Shown here in pieces: positions 1-11,417 of a stretch of 64,000 bases of DNA. Origin of the DNA: Mobula hypostoma. Taxonomy: Eukaryota. The position numbers and the translations under genes are program-made. How positions within the stretch are numbered: position 1 is the first letter of the stretch; each line of letters opens with the position of its first letter. The DNA lies in the NCBI RefSeq assembly GCF_963921235.1, contig NC_086117.1, positions 24,862,001 to 24,926,000 on the forward strand. The letters are read 5' to 3'. The notes below the pieces were generated by a model, which saw nothing but the letters and a program-made list of their open reading frames with translations, did no database searches and was not told the DNA's origin.

Positions 1-361
1 ATTAGGGTGAAGACACAAGACTGCAAGTACTTGAATCTGGAGCAAAAAAATTATCTTCCAGAGTTGCTCAGTGAGTCAGTCAGCATCTGTAGAGGGTAAA
101 CGATAGTCAATGTTTTAGGTCAAGACCCTACATTTCTCCACAGATGGAAGACACTTGCTTAGTTCTTCCAGCAGCTGGGTTTTTCCATTATATTATACAC
201 TTTCATTCAGAGATGAGTGCAGCTTCAGCTAGAACTAGAATGGTATAACACTTAAAAAAACAGGAATCATTTCAAAGACTTCCCCTTTTTTAAATGAAAC
301 CACTAGCCAAATCCTCTCCCATGTGGCAGCTGTATCATTTATGTTCTCTGTTTCTCACTAG

Positions 362-475
362 CTTGCTAAGTACTCTCTGCGACCTTTCTGCACTGTTTGC
401 AGCCGACATTTCAAAACCCCCCGCAAGTTTGTGGAGCACATGAAGTCGCCAGAGCACAAGCAGAAAGTGGAAGAG
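362..475 (+). CDS. CIZ1: CIZ1 internal exon, C2H2 zinc finger (gene starts upstream of window)
   Basis: ag|...|gt, 114 nt, phase 0/0; LAKYSLRPFCTVCSRHFKTPRKFVEHMKSPEHKQKVEE matches the recalled CIZ1 motif SLRPFCTVCNRYFKTPRKFVEH. Confidence 0.93.
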
Positions 476-2912
476 GTACACTAAGCTTTTTCTAGGTTTT
501 TCACTTGTTTCCTTAGTGGAATACAGGGGAAAAAATTAGTTTGTTTGAATTTTACTTTGGAATGGGTATACTTGTGACCTGGAACAGTGAAAGTAAATTG
601 CAGAACTCAGTGGCAGTTTGCACTTGTATAGAACCCTTAATGTAATGAAACACAGAGCTTCACAGTATTTTTATCAAACAAAATTTAACAATGCGATACA
701 TAAGATGTTAGGACAACTAAATAAACAGTTGTATAAGAGGAGAGTTTTATGAATCACCTAAAAATTGAGAGAATAGGTAAAAGTTTATTATGCAGGTTTC
801 AGAGCTTGGATAACTCAGTAATTAGTTACCAGAGATGGGGTGAAAAATCTGGAATGTGCAGGAAGCCAACAACGGGAGAATGGACAGTTCTTAGATAGAG
901 GCAGTGATGAATGAGGTTGTAGTTAATATGTCAAAAACATGAATTGACTTGAATACACTAATGAGAATTTCATTTGATTTGCCGGACTAGGAACGAGTGT
1001 AGAGGTCATAACCAGTCTGTGTTTTATGATGATTTGTGTAAATCTGTGATTTATGTAAATAGAAGAGAGTTGGGCAGGCAGTTTATTTTTGCAAATGTTG
1101 AGATATACTCACACCAAAGTAGTTTGAAATATTTTAAATGCAAAAGAAACCATTATCTGAATATTTACTTCGATAGGACATGTTCTTTAGGATCCCACTT
1201 TGACACCCTGGTCTTGGTTTTGTTAGTTTTGAATAAATTGTGTGTTCAACTCCACAACAAAACTTGGCTAATATAAGCTATGTGCAGTGCATCCTTTGAG
1301 TATATTTGAATTCCAATTTACTAATTGTTTGAATGCTGAAGCTGAAACATTTTGGACTCTGGGGAGATGCGGGTGCTAGGAATTTGCTGTCTCAGAGCCC
1401 AGAAACCAGAGTTCAAACATGATCTTATGTGCTCTCTATGTGGAGTTCGTGCATTTTCACTGTGACGTTCATCCCAAAGACATTCAAATTGGCAGCTTAT
1501 ATGGCCACTGTAGATTGCCTGTAGTGTGGAGGTGGGTAGTAAAAAGGAGATGAGGGTAGGGATGGAAAGAGTCAAAAGAGGAATGTGGGGAAAATAAGTT
1601 GGATTAACTTAATATGAGCTTTCTAACCAACTCTGTTTTTCTGCAAAGATAGGGGTTATGCACACTTACATTTGACCTTGTGGTCAATGATGTGACCAGA
1701 TTGAGCAGATTTAGATACCCAGACTGCACATCCACAAAGCAAAGCTGAAGTCCAGATTATTGACTGAAGTTAAAGAAACCAAGGAAACACTGTTTGGCTC
1801 GTTATTTTTAATGGCTCCAAACAAGATTGAAAATGACTCTTCCAAATAGCTTTCTGTGCCACTCGGCAAAGTCATGTGTGATCTTTTGCCTCTGCTCCAG
1901 TTTGCTGCATTTAACCCATTTCTCTTGATCAATCTCTCCTTTCAACATGCTCAGTGACCAGGTCTCCACAGACCTCTTGTGTAGAGAATTTCATGGATTC
2001 ATTACTCTATGGATGAAAAAAATGTCTCGTCTCAATCTTGATTACCCCACTCTTTATACTGAGCCTGTAACTCAAGTTCTGTACACTCCCAGCATGAGAA
2101 CCATTGTCCTTTCGTCACCCCTTTTAAGCCTGTAAAGAAAAAGATTGTCTGTCTCAACAAGCTTGCCAATTTCTTATGTGAGATCACATTCAGAATTATT
2201 TTAGATTGCTGAAGGTAATCCCATGTGTACAGCAGTTTGACACAATTGAGTGTTATGTTAGACCAGTTCATAAGGTGGTTAAAGGAGCATTGCAGTGTGT
2301 CAGGAGTCACCTATTTATTAATATTCTCTAAGAAAACAGATTTTTTTTCTTAGTATGAATAAATCATTTTTTTCCACTGATAGTTTCATGGTCACCATGA
2401 CTGGTGTAACAAGATTTTAATTAACTGAACTTAAAATGCTTTGCAACACTTGGATTTATACTTGTATTTGTGTCATTAATGCATTTTCTATATGAAAAAT
2501 AACCAAATAGGTAGAGGTATTAGAAAAGCATTTCCAGTGGTGACTCCTCTTCCTAATCTGATATCTCTAGATGCATCCAAGGATCTGTCCTTTTCGCCCT
2601 TCTCTTCATCATCCTGTCCCACGACAGCAGAATCAAAAATTTATTTGCCTTAAAAGACATTTCAAAACAGCGTGTTATTGAGCTCCTTCTCTTCACCTCC
2701 CTACTACGTTAATATTGTTGATTGCTAATTAAAAATCCAGATATGATCAATTCTTTGACATACTGGAAAAACTGAAAGCCACATAAGAGAGTGAGAAAAT
2801 GTCATTAGAAGATCTACACATGGGACATTTGAGAAATAGCAAATGATAAAAAATAAATCAATGTACTAGTTGTGTAAAAGTATGGTACATTGTTGAATTG
2901 TATGTTTCTCAG

Positions 2913-3077
2913 GTTAAGCTGCAGCGTAGTTCCCTGGATAAAGATCAAACTGGACAAGATGATCCAGAGGATATGATCACTGTTGATGCAGTTGGTTGCT
3001 TTGACGAAGACGATGAAGAAGGAATGACTGAAGATGACAGTGGCTCTGAATGTTTAAGTGATGGGGATTCTCATCAG
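2913..3077 (+). CDS. CIZ1: CIZ1 exon, acidic domain
   Basis: ctcag|GTT...CAG|gtttg, 165 nt; contains ITVDAVGCF followed by an acidic run, as in CIZ1. Confidence 0.92.
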
Positions 3078-3508
3078 GTTTGTCAATATGATCTCAGAGT
3101 GCTTTGTATTTCCTAGTGATTCAATAATTGCTCATTTACGGTATGGGTGAGTTAAAGCTTTATTTTTAGCTATTCTATTACCAATATTATTTTTTGATAT
3201 GTTAATATTCTTAAACCCAAAGATATCATTTTCGATTGTGAAAATGTAGAATCTTTTTGTTTTAATGTTTTACTGCAAGAAGTCTCTTGTATAGTACTGT
3301 TAATGTAGTAAAGGCTTTTTGCCACATTATCAAACAAAATTTGACACTGAGCTATACAAGATCATGATAAGACAGGCAAATCTTCCTGTTAAGAAGATGA
3401 TTTTAAGGAATATTCTTAAATAAGATCAAAATAAAGGTTTAGAGAAAGATTTTTGTAACTTGGGGGTTTGGAGAATGGAAAAGTGTAGCAATCATTGGTA
3501 GTGTAGGG

Positions 3509-3727
3509 CAGGGGTCCCCAACCTTTTTTGCATCGCGGACCGGTTTAATATTGACAATATTTTTGAGGACCAGGTGGGCGGGGGGGGGGGGGTTGTTCAA
3601 GTTTAACAGTGCATGACAGGGAATGAGGAAAGGTGCAGCTGACTTGTATTGTTTCATATTGCCAAATCATATTGTTTCCTCGTGGCCCTGTAGCGCATCT
3701 TTGCGGCCCGCTGGTTGGGGACCACTA
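3509..3727 (+). mobile_element. hAT/Charlie-like MITE
   Basis: TIRs CAGGGGTCCCCAACC / GGTTGGGGACCACTA; exact 8-bp TSD GTGTAGGG (3501-3508, 3728-3735). Confidence 0.9.
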
Positions 3728-4139
3728 GTGTAGGGGGCAAAAAGGCAAGTATGTACAGGAGTATAAAGATCTCAGAGTTACAGAGCTGTAGTATATTGCA
3801 GAGACAGGAAAAATGAATGACATGCAGGAATATTAAAATTAAGATGTTGCTTGACTAGCAGCTGTTGTGTATTAGCACATTCCATTATGGAAATTAAGTT
3901 CTTAATTTCTTTTCCCAGGGAACAAAGGAATTGCAATTAAATTGCAGTCTTTTAAAATAATGAGGTTATCAGGCCAAAATTGGTAAATATTTAGTTTGAT
4001 ACTGGTCATGGTGTTAGAGGTCATAGAAGCAAAACTCTGAACTAAGTTTAAAGTAGCAGAAGAAAAAATGTAAAAGGATGGCAGTTGTGTAACGTGGGTG
4101 CTGCTGAAAGAGTGGTTTATTAGGCGAATAATGACCACT

Positions 4140-4389
4140 TGTTGGGCCACGTGCCAGTTGTTGGGCACGTGGCCAAGTGGTTAAGGCATTCGTCTAGTTA
4201 CCTCAAGGTCGCTAGTTCGAGCCTCAGCTGTGGCAGCGTGTTTGTGCCCTTGAGCAAGGCACTTAATCACACATTGCTCTAGTCTGTGCGAGGAGTGGTG
4301 CCCCACACAGACTTCCAATCTGTGCCTTGTAAGGCATGAAAATGCCCGACACAGGCCTCTCATAGTCTGAGTCGACGTTCCCTCCCCTG
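4140..4389 (+). mobile_element. tRNA-derived SINE with CORE-like middle
   Basis: A-box TGGCCAAGTGG; B-box-like GTTCGAGCC; GTGCCCTTGAGCAAGGCACTTAA core-like segment; 9-bp TSD ATGACCACT (4131-4139, 4390-4398). Confidence 0.8.
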
Positions 4390-4646
4390 ATGACCACTGA
4401 AGAAGAGAACTAAAATTTTAGAATAAACACTATTTTCCCTTGTAAAAGGGAGAAGGAACTCAAAGGCCTTTTAATTAGGGGATCAGCAGTGAGCATGGTA
4501 GAGGTGATCAGAAAGAAACCCGACATGGATAGCTTTTTTTTTTGTCTGAATTGCTTGACTTCTTTGAAATAAAATTGAAATTACAATCTCTTAAATGTTA
4601 ACTTTAGAATGGAGAGAAAAAAATAAACATGTGTTTTGTACATTAG

Positions 4647-4698
4647 GCTTTCATGTCAGAATTTCAGACGGAGCCATATGATGCAGAGACTGTATATG
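4647..4698 (+). CDS. CIZ1: CIZ1 short exon
   Basis: cattag|GCT...TATG|gtgagt, 52 nt, phase 0/1; AFMSEFQTEPYDAETVY-G aligns to CIZ1 ETYSPNTAYG; phase joins both neighbouring exons. Confidence 0.85.
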
Positions 4699-7571
4699 GT
4701 GAGTCAAAAAAAAGTAATGTTGATAATTGCTTTCATCATTAATACCTTATAGATTAACCCAAATAAGACCAATTTAGATGTTTTTACAAGCATTCTAAAT
4801 TAAGTGTTAATCTTTGATTTAATGAGGTTTTCCAAATATTATAAATTGGATTTTTCTAATGCCTCCAGATAATGAAAGTATCAAGACACTTTACATAAGC
4901 CTGATCAGATTAATACCAAGCAAAAGGAAATTTAGGAGTAGGACTAAAAAGTTTAGTTAGGATTATAGGTTTTGAAGAGAATCTTTTTAAAAAAAAAAGA
5001 AAAAGTTGATTGAGATTGCAGAACTGAAAACTTGGATGTTTGAGGCTACAGCTTCTAATAGTGGATTAAAAGCATAGAGGTTTGGGAAGTGATCAGCTCT
5101 TAGGATTATTGGGTTAGTAGAAGTTGCAGAGGTATGAAGGGAAAACAGCATGGAAAGATTTGAATATTAAGATAAGAAATTTGTATTTGAGGTGTTGCAG
5201 GATTGGGGAAACACTGGGGTTATGTCATTTAGGATATAGGCAATTATAATGGAGAAAGGAAGGTGGAAGGCTGTTTCAGCAACACATGTTTGATGCAGAG
5301 GCAGAGAATTGGAATATTTTAGCATTGAAAATGGATGGTCTTTGTGATAGAGAGGAAAGGCATTTGAGGTTTAGCTCTAGGAGTAAAAAGGAAATGCCAT
5401 GTGACAAATAATTTGGTTCAGTCTAGGATATTGTCCTGGAGGAGTGTTTAAACAGTAGAGATGATAACATTGAGGTTTATAGTGCCAGGTTTAAAAGGAA
5501 TGTCAGATTACATTGTCAACTACTATGAATACCAAGAAGGGAAATTGGTTTGTCAACAGTTTATTGCAAAGGGAGTGGACAGACGGCTGAATTTAGTGGA
5601 GATTATGCTTCCATAAAGGATATGGAGGACAGGAGCTGGCAAGATAGAGCAAAATATGGTTTTAAGGTCAAGGCAGGAAGCAGCCAAGGGGGATGTTTGA
5701 TTGACAAGAATGATGCTGAAAAATAATAGCTTCACTCTTGGTTTAAAGAAAGTTCATGAACTCTGCTAGACATCAGATATGGATCTAAGGAGGTTGGTTG
5801 GGATTTCCAAGTGAGTTATACTGTGTATGTGCCCTGTGCTTGTTTTCCGAAGGCTGTTTTGCATTATGGTTTTACATGATCATTATTATTTTAATTTACC
5901 AATGCTGTGTTTTAACCAGATATTTATCTGTTAAATAACCTAGTAATTATGCTGCCATCAGTTATGATAGCTCAAACTTTCTACGTTAAAGGAGTTTGCT
6001 CTGATCTCTCAGCTGTACCAATTACATAGAACACACAACTGTTCAGAGACTTGTTCATTGCAGTTAACAGTTCATTAAACAACAGTGGAGTAATAGATTG
6101 CAAAGGACTGGTGATGTACTGAGCAATATTGTTGGGAGGAAGAGAGCGAATAAGTATATTGTTAGATTATAAAGTGGAAATGCAAATTCTGTACCGAGTT
6201 TGATAGTTGGTTTACGATTATCATAATGTCAGTGTGCAAAGTAGGAAAACTCTCATTAAAGAAAAGTGCAGAAATGTAAAACCCTAAGTAACATTTCTAC
6301 ATATTAAAACAAATCTTAAAGAATCATCCTTTCCCCAACTATTTTTCTGATCTGCCTTGATTAGACTGACTGGGTCGTGATGTCTGCCTTCTCCAATGGC
6401 TGTAGGTTCAATACTTTAGACCTATCTGCAACAGAACAGAGCTATCCAGTCCTAACTGCCTTTCTGAAATCCTGTTTGACTGCTTCCTGCTGTTCTTTTG
6501 CCAGTTTTCACACTTCCCTGTTCTGTACAGAAACAACAGGATGAGTTCTTCCTTGCCACAAAGGAATGATCAGTCTTTTGATTCCTTGGGGCTGTTCCCT
6601 GCCATTCATCTGGATAACTTGACTCCGTTTCTCATCTTTGATTTTTTCCCTTGATGCCTAATAAAATTTAGCCAACTTAAAGAAAATTATAATTCAACTC
6701 CACTATCCATGGCCACCCTGCAGGAACAAATTCCAGATTTAAAAGAAGTGCTACTGAACTGGCCTTTCCTGAAAGCATTAATAAGATCCTTTAAATATGA
6801 AATTTCCACCAGAAGAAATAGTCACTCTACAATTACTATCACATCTTTTTAATCATTTTAATCACATTACACTGCAGCTTTCTAAACTCAGAAAAAAATA
6901 GATTTACATTGTTCAATTTAGCTTCATAATTTAACTATTTCAGACATAATTTAAAATTTCATATTTGCATATTTATTCTTATCTCAAATTTATCCAATTA
7001 GCTTGGAAAGCTGCTAAGAGAGTTATCACTTTTGCTTTGATGATCATTTTTGATCCCTCAGTCATTGAGTTCATACACTGAAGAGTAGAACCTCTAAAAC
7101 AAATTTAAATAGTGCTCACCTTTCAAAGTTCAACCTTTTCAATCATGTTATTTGCCTACTAAGTTATTTAGAGCCAATTTATTCACGAAGTGGGATTCCA
7201 TTTTTAAAATTATTGGCTTGTTGCTTAGCCTACCGTAAGTGCAGAGTTACCTGATCAATACAGATAAACAAATTAGCTCTTGTACCAAAACAGTATGTAT
7301 CCATTATGTATTGTGACTTTCCATTATAATACCATGAAAACCTTTCACAAATGCACCTCCATACAATCTTTGAATCTGCAAGTTGATTTCTTTTTACATG
7401 TAGTCATAATTTTTAATGCTGATTGTGCCAATTTTCTGTTAACTCTTATACAGCTGATTCTTGTTTTTAAAAATCTTCTTGTATGCATTTCCATTTTGAT
7501 TTGTGTGCTTTTATGATTAGGGCACATTCAATGTAACATAGTGATCGTCTTGGTTCCCCTCCCCTCCACAG

Positions 7572-7693
7572 GCCAGGAATTTGTGGTCCCTGTGACCGGT
7601 TTCCTCTGCAAGCTGTGTCACAAATTCTACCATTCTGAGTCCACTGCCAGATTTACCCACTGCAAGTCACTGATGCATTTTCAGAACCTTCAG
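7572..7693 (+). CDS. CIZ1: CIZ1 exon, matrin-type zinc finger (MH3 region)
   Basis: cacag|GC...CAG|gttag, 122 nt, phase 1/0; [40 protein letters not shown]. Confidence 0.95.
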
Positions 7694-10600
7694 GTTAGAT
7701 GGTTGTTCCATAATGTGGCCTGTGTTTTATTTCCTTTCTCTCTTTGTTACCTTTATCTTTCTTGCTCTCTTTCAACCCACCTGATTTGTGTATCTGTTGT
7801 TTAATATCCTCTCTTCCTACTACTTTTCTTCTTACTACCCCATCCACCCTCCTTCCTGGGCCCTCTCCCCTCCGCAGGATCACTCTGTTTTTCTGTACTT
7901 TTTTCCCCTCTTAATTCTGGTGTTTGGTGTAGTCTCAGACTTGCTTTAAAGTCCCTTCATCTCTGTTTTGTGAAAGCAACTAGAACCTTTCCAATTTTAA
8001 AAAAAATCCTAATCATTTGATGTTTCTGAAGTGCTGAGCTAACATTAATTCCCAATGTAATGCTGATGAAAATGTGCCATATTTCTTGAAGTTTTGTTCT
8101 ATTCAGTGTACCTCTCATTAACTGGTTAAAATGAAAATGAAATGGTTTATATTTGATCCATACATTTTTGCCCACATATTTCTTGACTGGTTGGGGGCGG
8201 GGGAATGAACAATTTGGATACCAAACAGACTAAAAGGGAATACCAATTTTGTGAATTTAAAGATTGTTGGGACTGAAAAATTATAATTGAAGTACCATTG
8301 CCCAAAGAGGCTGTGTAATCAAATTGGGAAAGGAGACTTGGGCTCTGAGGTACATTGTTTAGGCAAACCAGGTTAGCTTTGCTTTGCATCTATCCTTGTG
8401 CTAGATCTGGATGTGTTCAATTCTGTTACTGATCCTGAGGATTTCCCCCTCAGCACAAAATGCTAACAAGGAAATACTGATAACACTATCCTTGAAGGAA
8501 ACTGGAGCAAGTCTGTGACCTATTTAGCATTTATGAACTGCATTGATGTTGGTTTAAATCATGGTTACTGTGCTGTTTGTTTTGCATTTGAAGTAACTAT
8601 TGTATTATTGCAGTCCAGTTGTTGACACCTTATATTGTTTCTCATTTCATTTCAATGCTCTGAGCTGTTCTGCAGTATATAATCTCAGTTTCTGTCTGCC
8701 ACACTAGAAACTGCCTGCTTTATCTAATTCATGTAGTCTCACATTTCTTTTTTAACATCTTGGTGTTGTTCCATATCTTTCTTGTAGAGTTAACTTTTTA
8801 AAAAAGTAATTGAGCAAAAGGTTATGTCAATTTTGGATTTCAATTCCGAGCTGAATTCCTGCTTTCATGCCATCCAATTCTGAGCACAAAATGAGTGAAA
8901 TACTCCTAATTGTTGTTGCGTAGACTTGAGCTTTGAATACAACCAATAATTTCCCTGTTGTATAAGCTATGATGCATGAGTGAGTTTAAAAGCAGCAGCA
9001 AAAGATGTCTGCTTACATTTGATCATCTCCAGTTTTTCAAACACATGATTTTCTCAGAATTTTTCAAATAACTTTGTTATCTCAAGGGTTGATGTGCAGC
9101 TTTAGAGTTTCATATTTTTATTATTTCTATTCTGTTCCAAGCAAAAAGAAATGCCAGTATAATTAGTTTTAGGTGCAATTCCATGCTATGCAACCTGTTT
9201 TTCATTTACATGATGCCTGGTATTTTTAAAATAATGCTTTAAATTTGCTATTGGTTTGCTTTCAGATTGAAAAAAATTCTATAAAACCTGACCACTTTTC
9301 TGATCTCCAGTTTCATCACTTGGACCTCAGTTTATTGGTACACCTTGCCATAAGCCTTTGGTGTTGGCGTTACTGTCTGTATTCCCATGCCATGTCTACT
9401 GTTCACCCATTGCTTTAATATCTGGCTCTTTCCTGAGTGTATATTAGGATTTATGGATGGCTGAAAGAAGTACTCTGTAGACTTTGTTATTAAACAACAT
9501 AACAAACAGGAAGGTGCATTGGTGCATGTCTTAAGTAACTTCATCATGGATTGTTTCCTATCCAAATAATATTTGGTGTTTCAGGACAAATATCCTAATA
9601 AATTCAAAATGCACTTTGAGAGTTTTACTGCTTGCAAATATATCTTGAAGGTTAGCATTGGTAAAATGGAAAACCTCAATTGTTCCCATTTATTGGGTGA
9701 ATCTGTTTACCGGTAGGTGAACTATGATTTCAATTACTTCACATGATCACTCTGGTGTTTTGATGCCATTTTTTTCCAGTAGAATTCATCTAGTATCAAG
9801 GAGATGCATGTAAAAGAAAATCCATATTTCTGTCACAATTTTATAGCCATCTTTAATCATGTTATAAATGATTGAATTGTTAACCATTTCATAGATGTAG
9901 ATGTAAATTGCAATGCATAGACACAATAATGTAGTCATAGGGAAGAAATGAGAAGCAAGTGCATGGTTTTCATAACTGGTAGTGATATTAAGATGGAGTC
10001 CGTCAGCGATGAGTATAAAAGATTGGCTATCATATTGGTGGTATAGTAACAAAAGAAATGTGATGGAACAAAGGTTAACGTAGCTGACAAAGGGTTGAAC
10101 AGAGAAGTGAAGGAGGTTTTTGAAAAAGAACTAGAGCTTCAGATTTGGGTAGTTAAAAGAACATTCTTCACTGATGTGAGGATTAAAGCTGCAAGACGCT
10201 AGAATGAGAGGAGTACAGAAATCTTACACAATTTAGGAAGAGAGGGAGTAGCAAGTTATTTGAGGATATGCAATATTAATACTTAAGTGAACCGAGTGAA
10301 TGAATGGGGGTTATTTTTGAGTTGTGTAGAGGATAGTGTTAAGGTTCATCATATAACAAATTATGTTATAACCTAATAGGTGTTGGGCTCTTAACCACAT
10401 TATAAATTCTGGTGGCTGAGTGAGTTAAGTATCAAAATAATTCCCAGAAAAATGGAAGGGAAAATTAGATGAAGAGAACATTTCTTAATTTTTGTAACAT
10501 CAGTTACAAGACAAACATCTAGGGGTTGGTCACCTCACCACATTCTTAACCAGGAAAGAGCAGAGGTGTGAAGCTGAAAGAAGGCGGCGATGATTTTTAT

Positions 10601-10715
10601 AAATTCAATGATTGTTGCTCTGTGCAACAGTAGTTTTGTTTCATGAGCAGTAACGCTTTTTGTAATTTGAGGTTTGATCCTTACCAACTTCTTGTCATTT
10701 ATTTTGTTGAAACAG

Positions 10716-11417
10716 AGTTACAAAGTACAAAGAGCCCAAGATTATTTGTCAGTATCATATCAAGAACCAGCAGCCTCTGTGGTGAACAACCTTCATTCAA
10801 CAGATGATCAAAAACCAGCAAGTGAGAAACAACCAGAGAATGACTTAAAACCTGCCAGCGTCACCGACAATCACCCTGAAATGGAGGAAGCAAGTTGTGA
10901 AGCTGAAACTCCTGCGCCTTTAGGTGATGGCATTGTTACCCATGTAGATGAAGGTAACAAAGACAGTGTTCCCCCTTTGCAGAACCTCCAGCAGGAGAGC
11001 CTAGATGACATTGATCAAGGTGGTTCAATCATTGATGAATTACCTGTTTCAAAGCTTGATTGTGAATTAACTGTCAGCCCATGTACAAAGAACGAGGTGT
11101 CAAGCGACAGAATGGAGGGGGAGCAAGGAATTAGTTCTGACGTGTGTGAGTCGGGTTCCATTGTGGGAAGTGAGGTGCTGGATGAAGAGCAGGATGGGAG
11201 TGAGGAGTGTGACCTGAGCTTGTCCAAAGCTGAGGAGCCCAGTGAGACTGAGGGTGAGGAAGAGCACCTGACGGAGAAGGAGTGTGAAGGGACAAGTGTC
11301 AAAAGTGAAGAGAATGAGCTGAGTGAGGAGGGTGGGCATCTGGAAGGCAATGTCTCCAAAACAAGATCTGGGAGAGTAGTGCGTGGCCGTCGTTTCTCTT
11401 CAAGACGGAAGAAGTAA
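10716..11417 (+). CDS. CIZ1: CIZ1 terminal coding exon (233 aa, acidic, basic C-terminus)
   Basis: aaacag|AGT TAC AAA continues NLQ|SYK (human NLQ|KYK); open to TAA at 11415-11417; ends RSGRVVRGRRFSSRRKK. Confidence 0.85.
   Translation, partial: SYKVQRAQDYLSVSYQEPAASVVNNLHSTDDQKPASEKQPENDLKPASVTDNHPEMEEASCEAETPAPLGDGIVTHVDEGNKDSVPPLQNLQQESLDDIDQGGSIIDELPVSKLDCELTVSPCTKNEVSSDRMEGEQGISSDVCESGSIVGSEVLDEEQDGSEECDLSLSKAEEPSETEGEEEHLTEKECEGTSVKSEENELSEEGGHLEGNVSKTRSGRVVRGRRFSSRRKK

Noticed and set aside
660-1100. Recurring ATCAAACAAAATTT...purine-rich segments (also about 3290-3900, 4880-5800, 34900-35400, 62700-63400)
   Set aside because: Probably ancient antisense LINE remnants; too decayed to give boundaries or a family without a repeat library
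4161-4235. Possible tRNA gene
   Set aside because: tRNA-like head continues into a SINE body inside a TSD; no convincing acceptor stem or T-run terminator
11015-11359. 114-aa Ser-rich antisense ORF
   Set aside because: Mirror of the Glu-rich GAG/GAA codons of the CIZ1 last exon; no independent evidence
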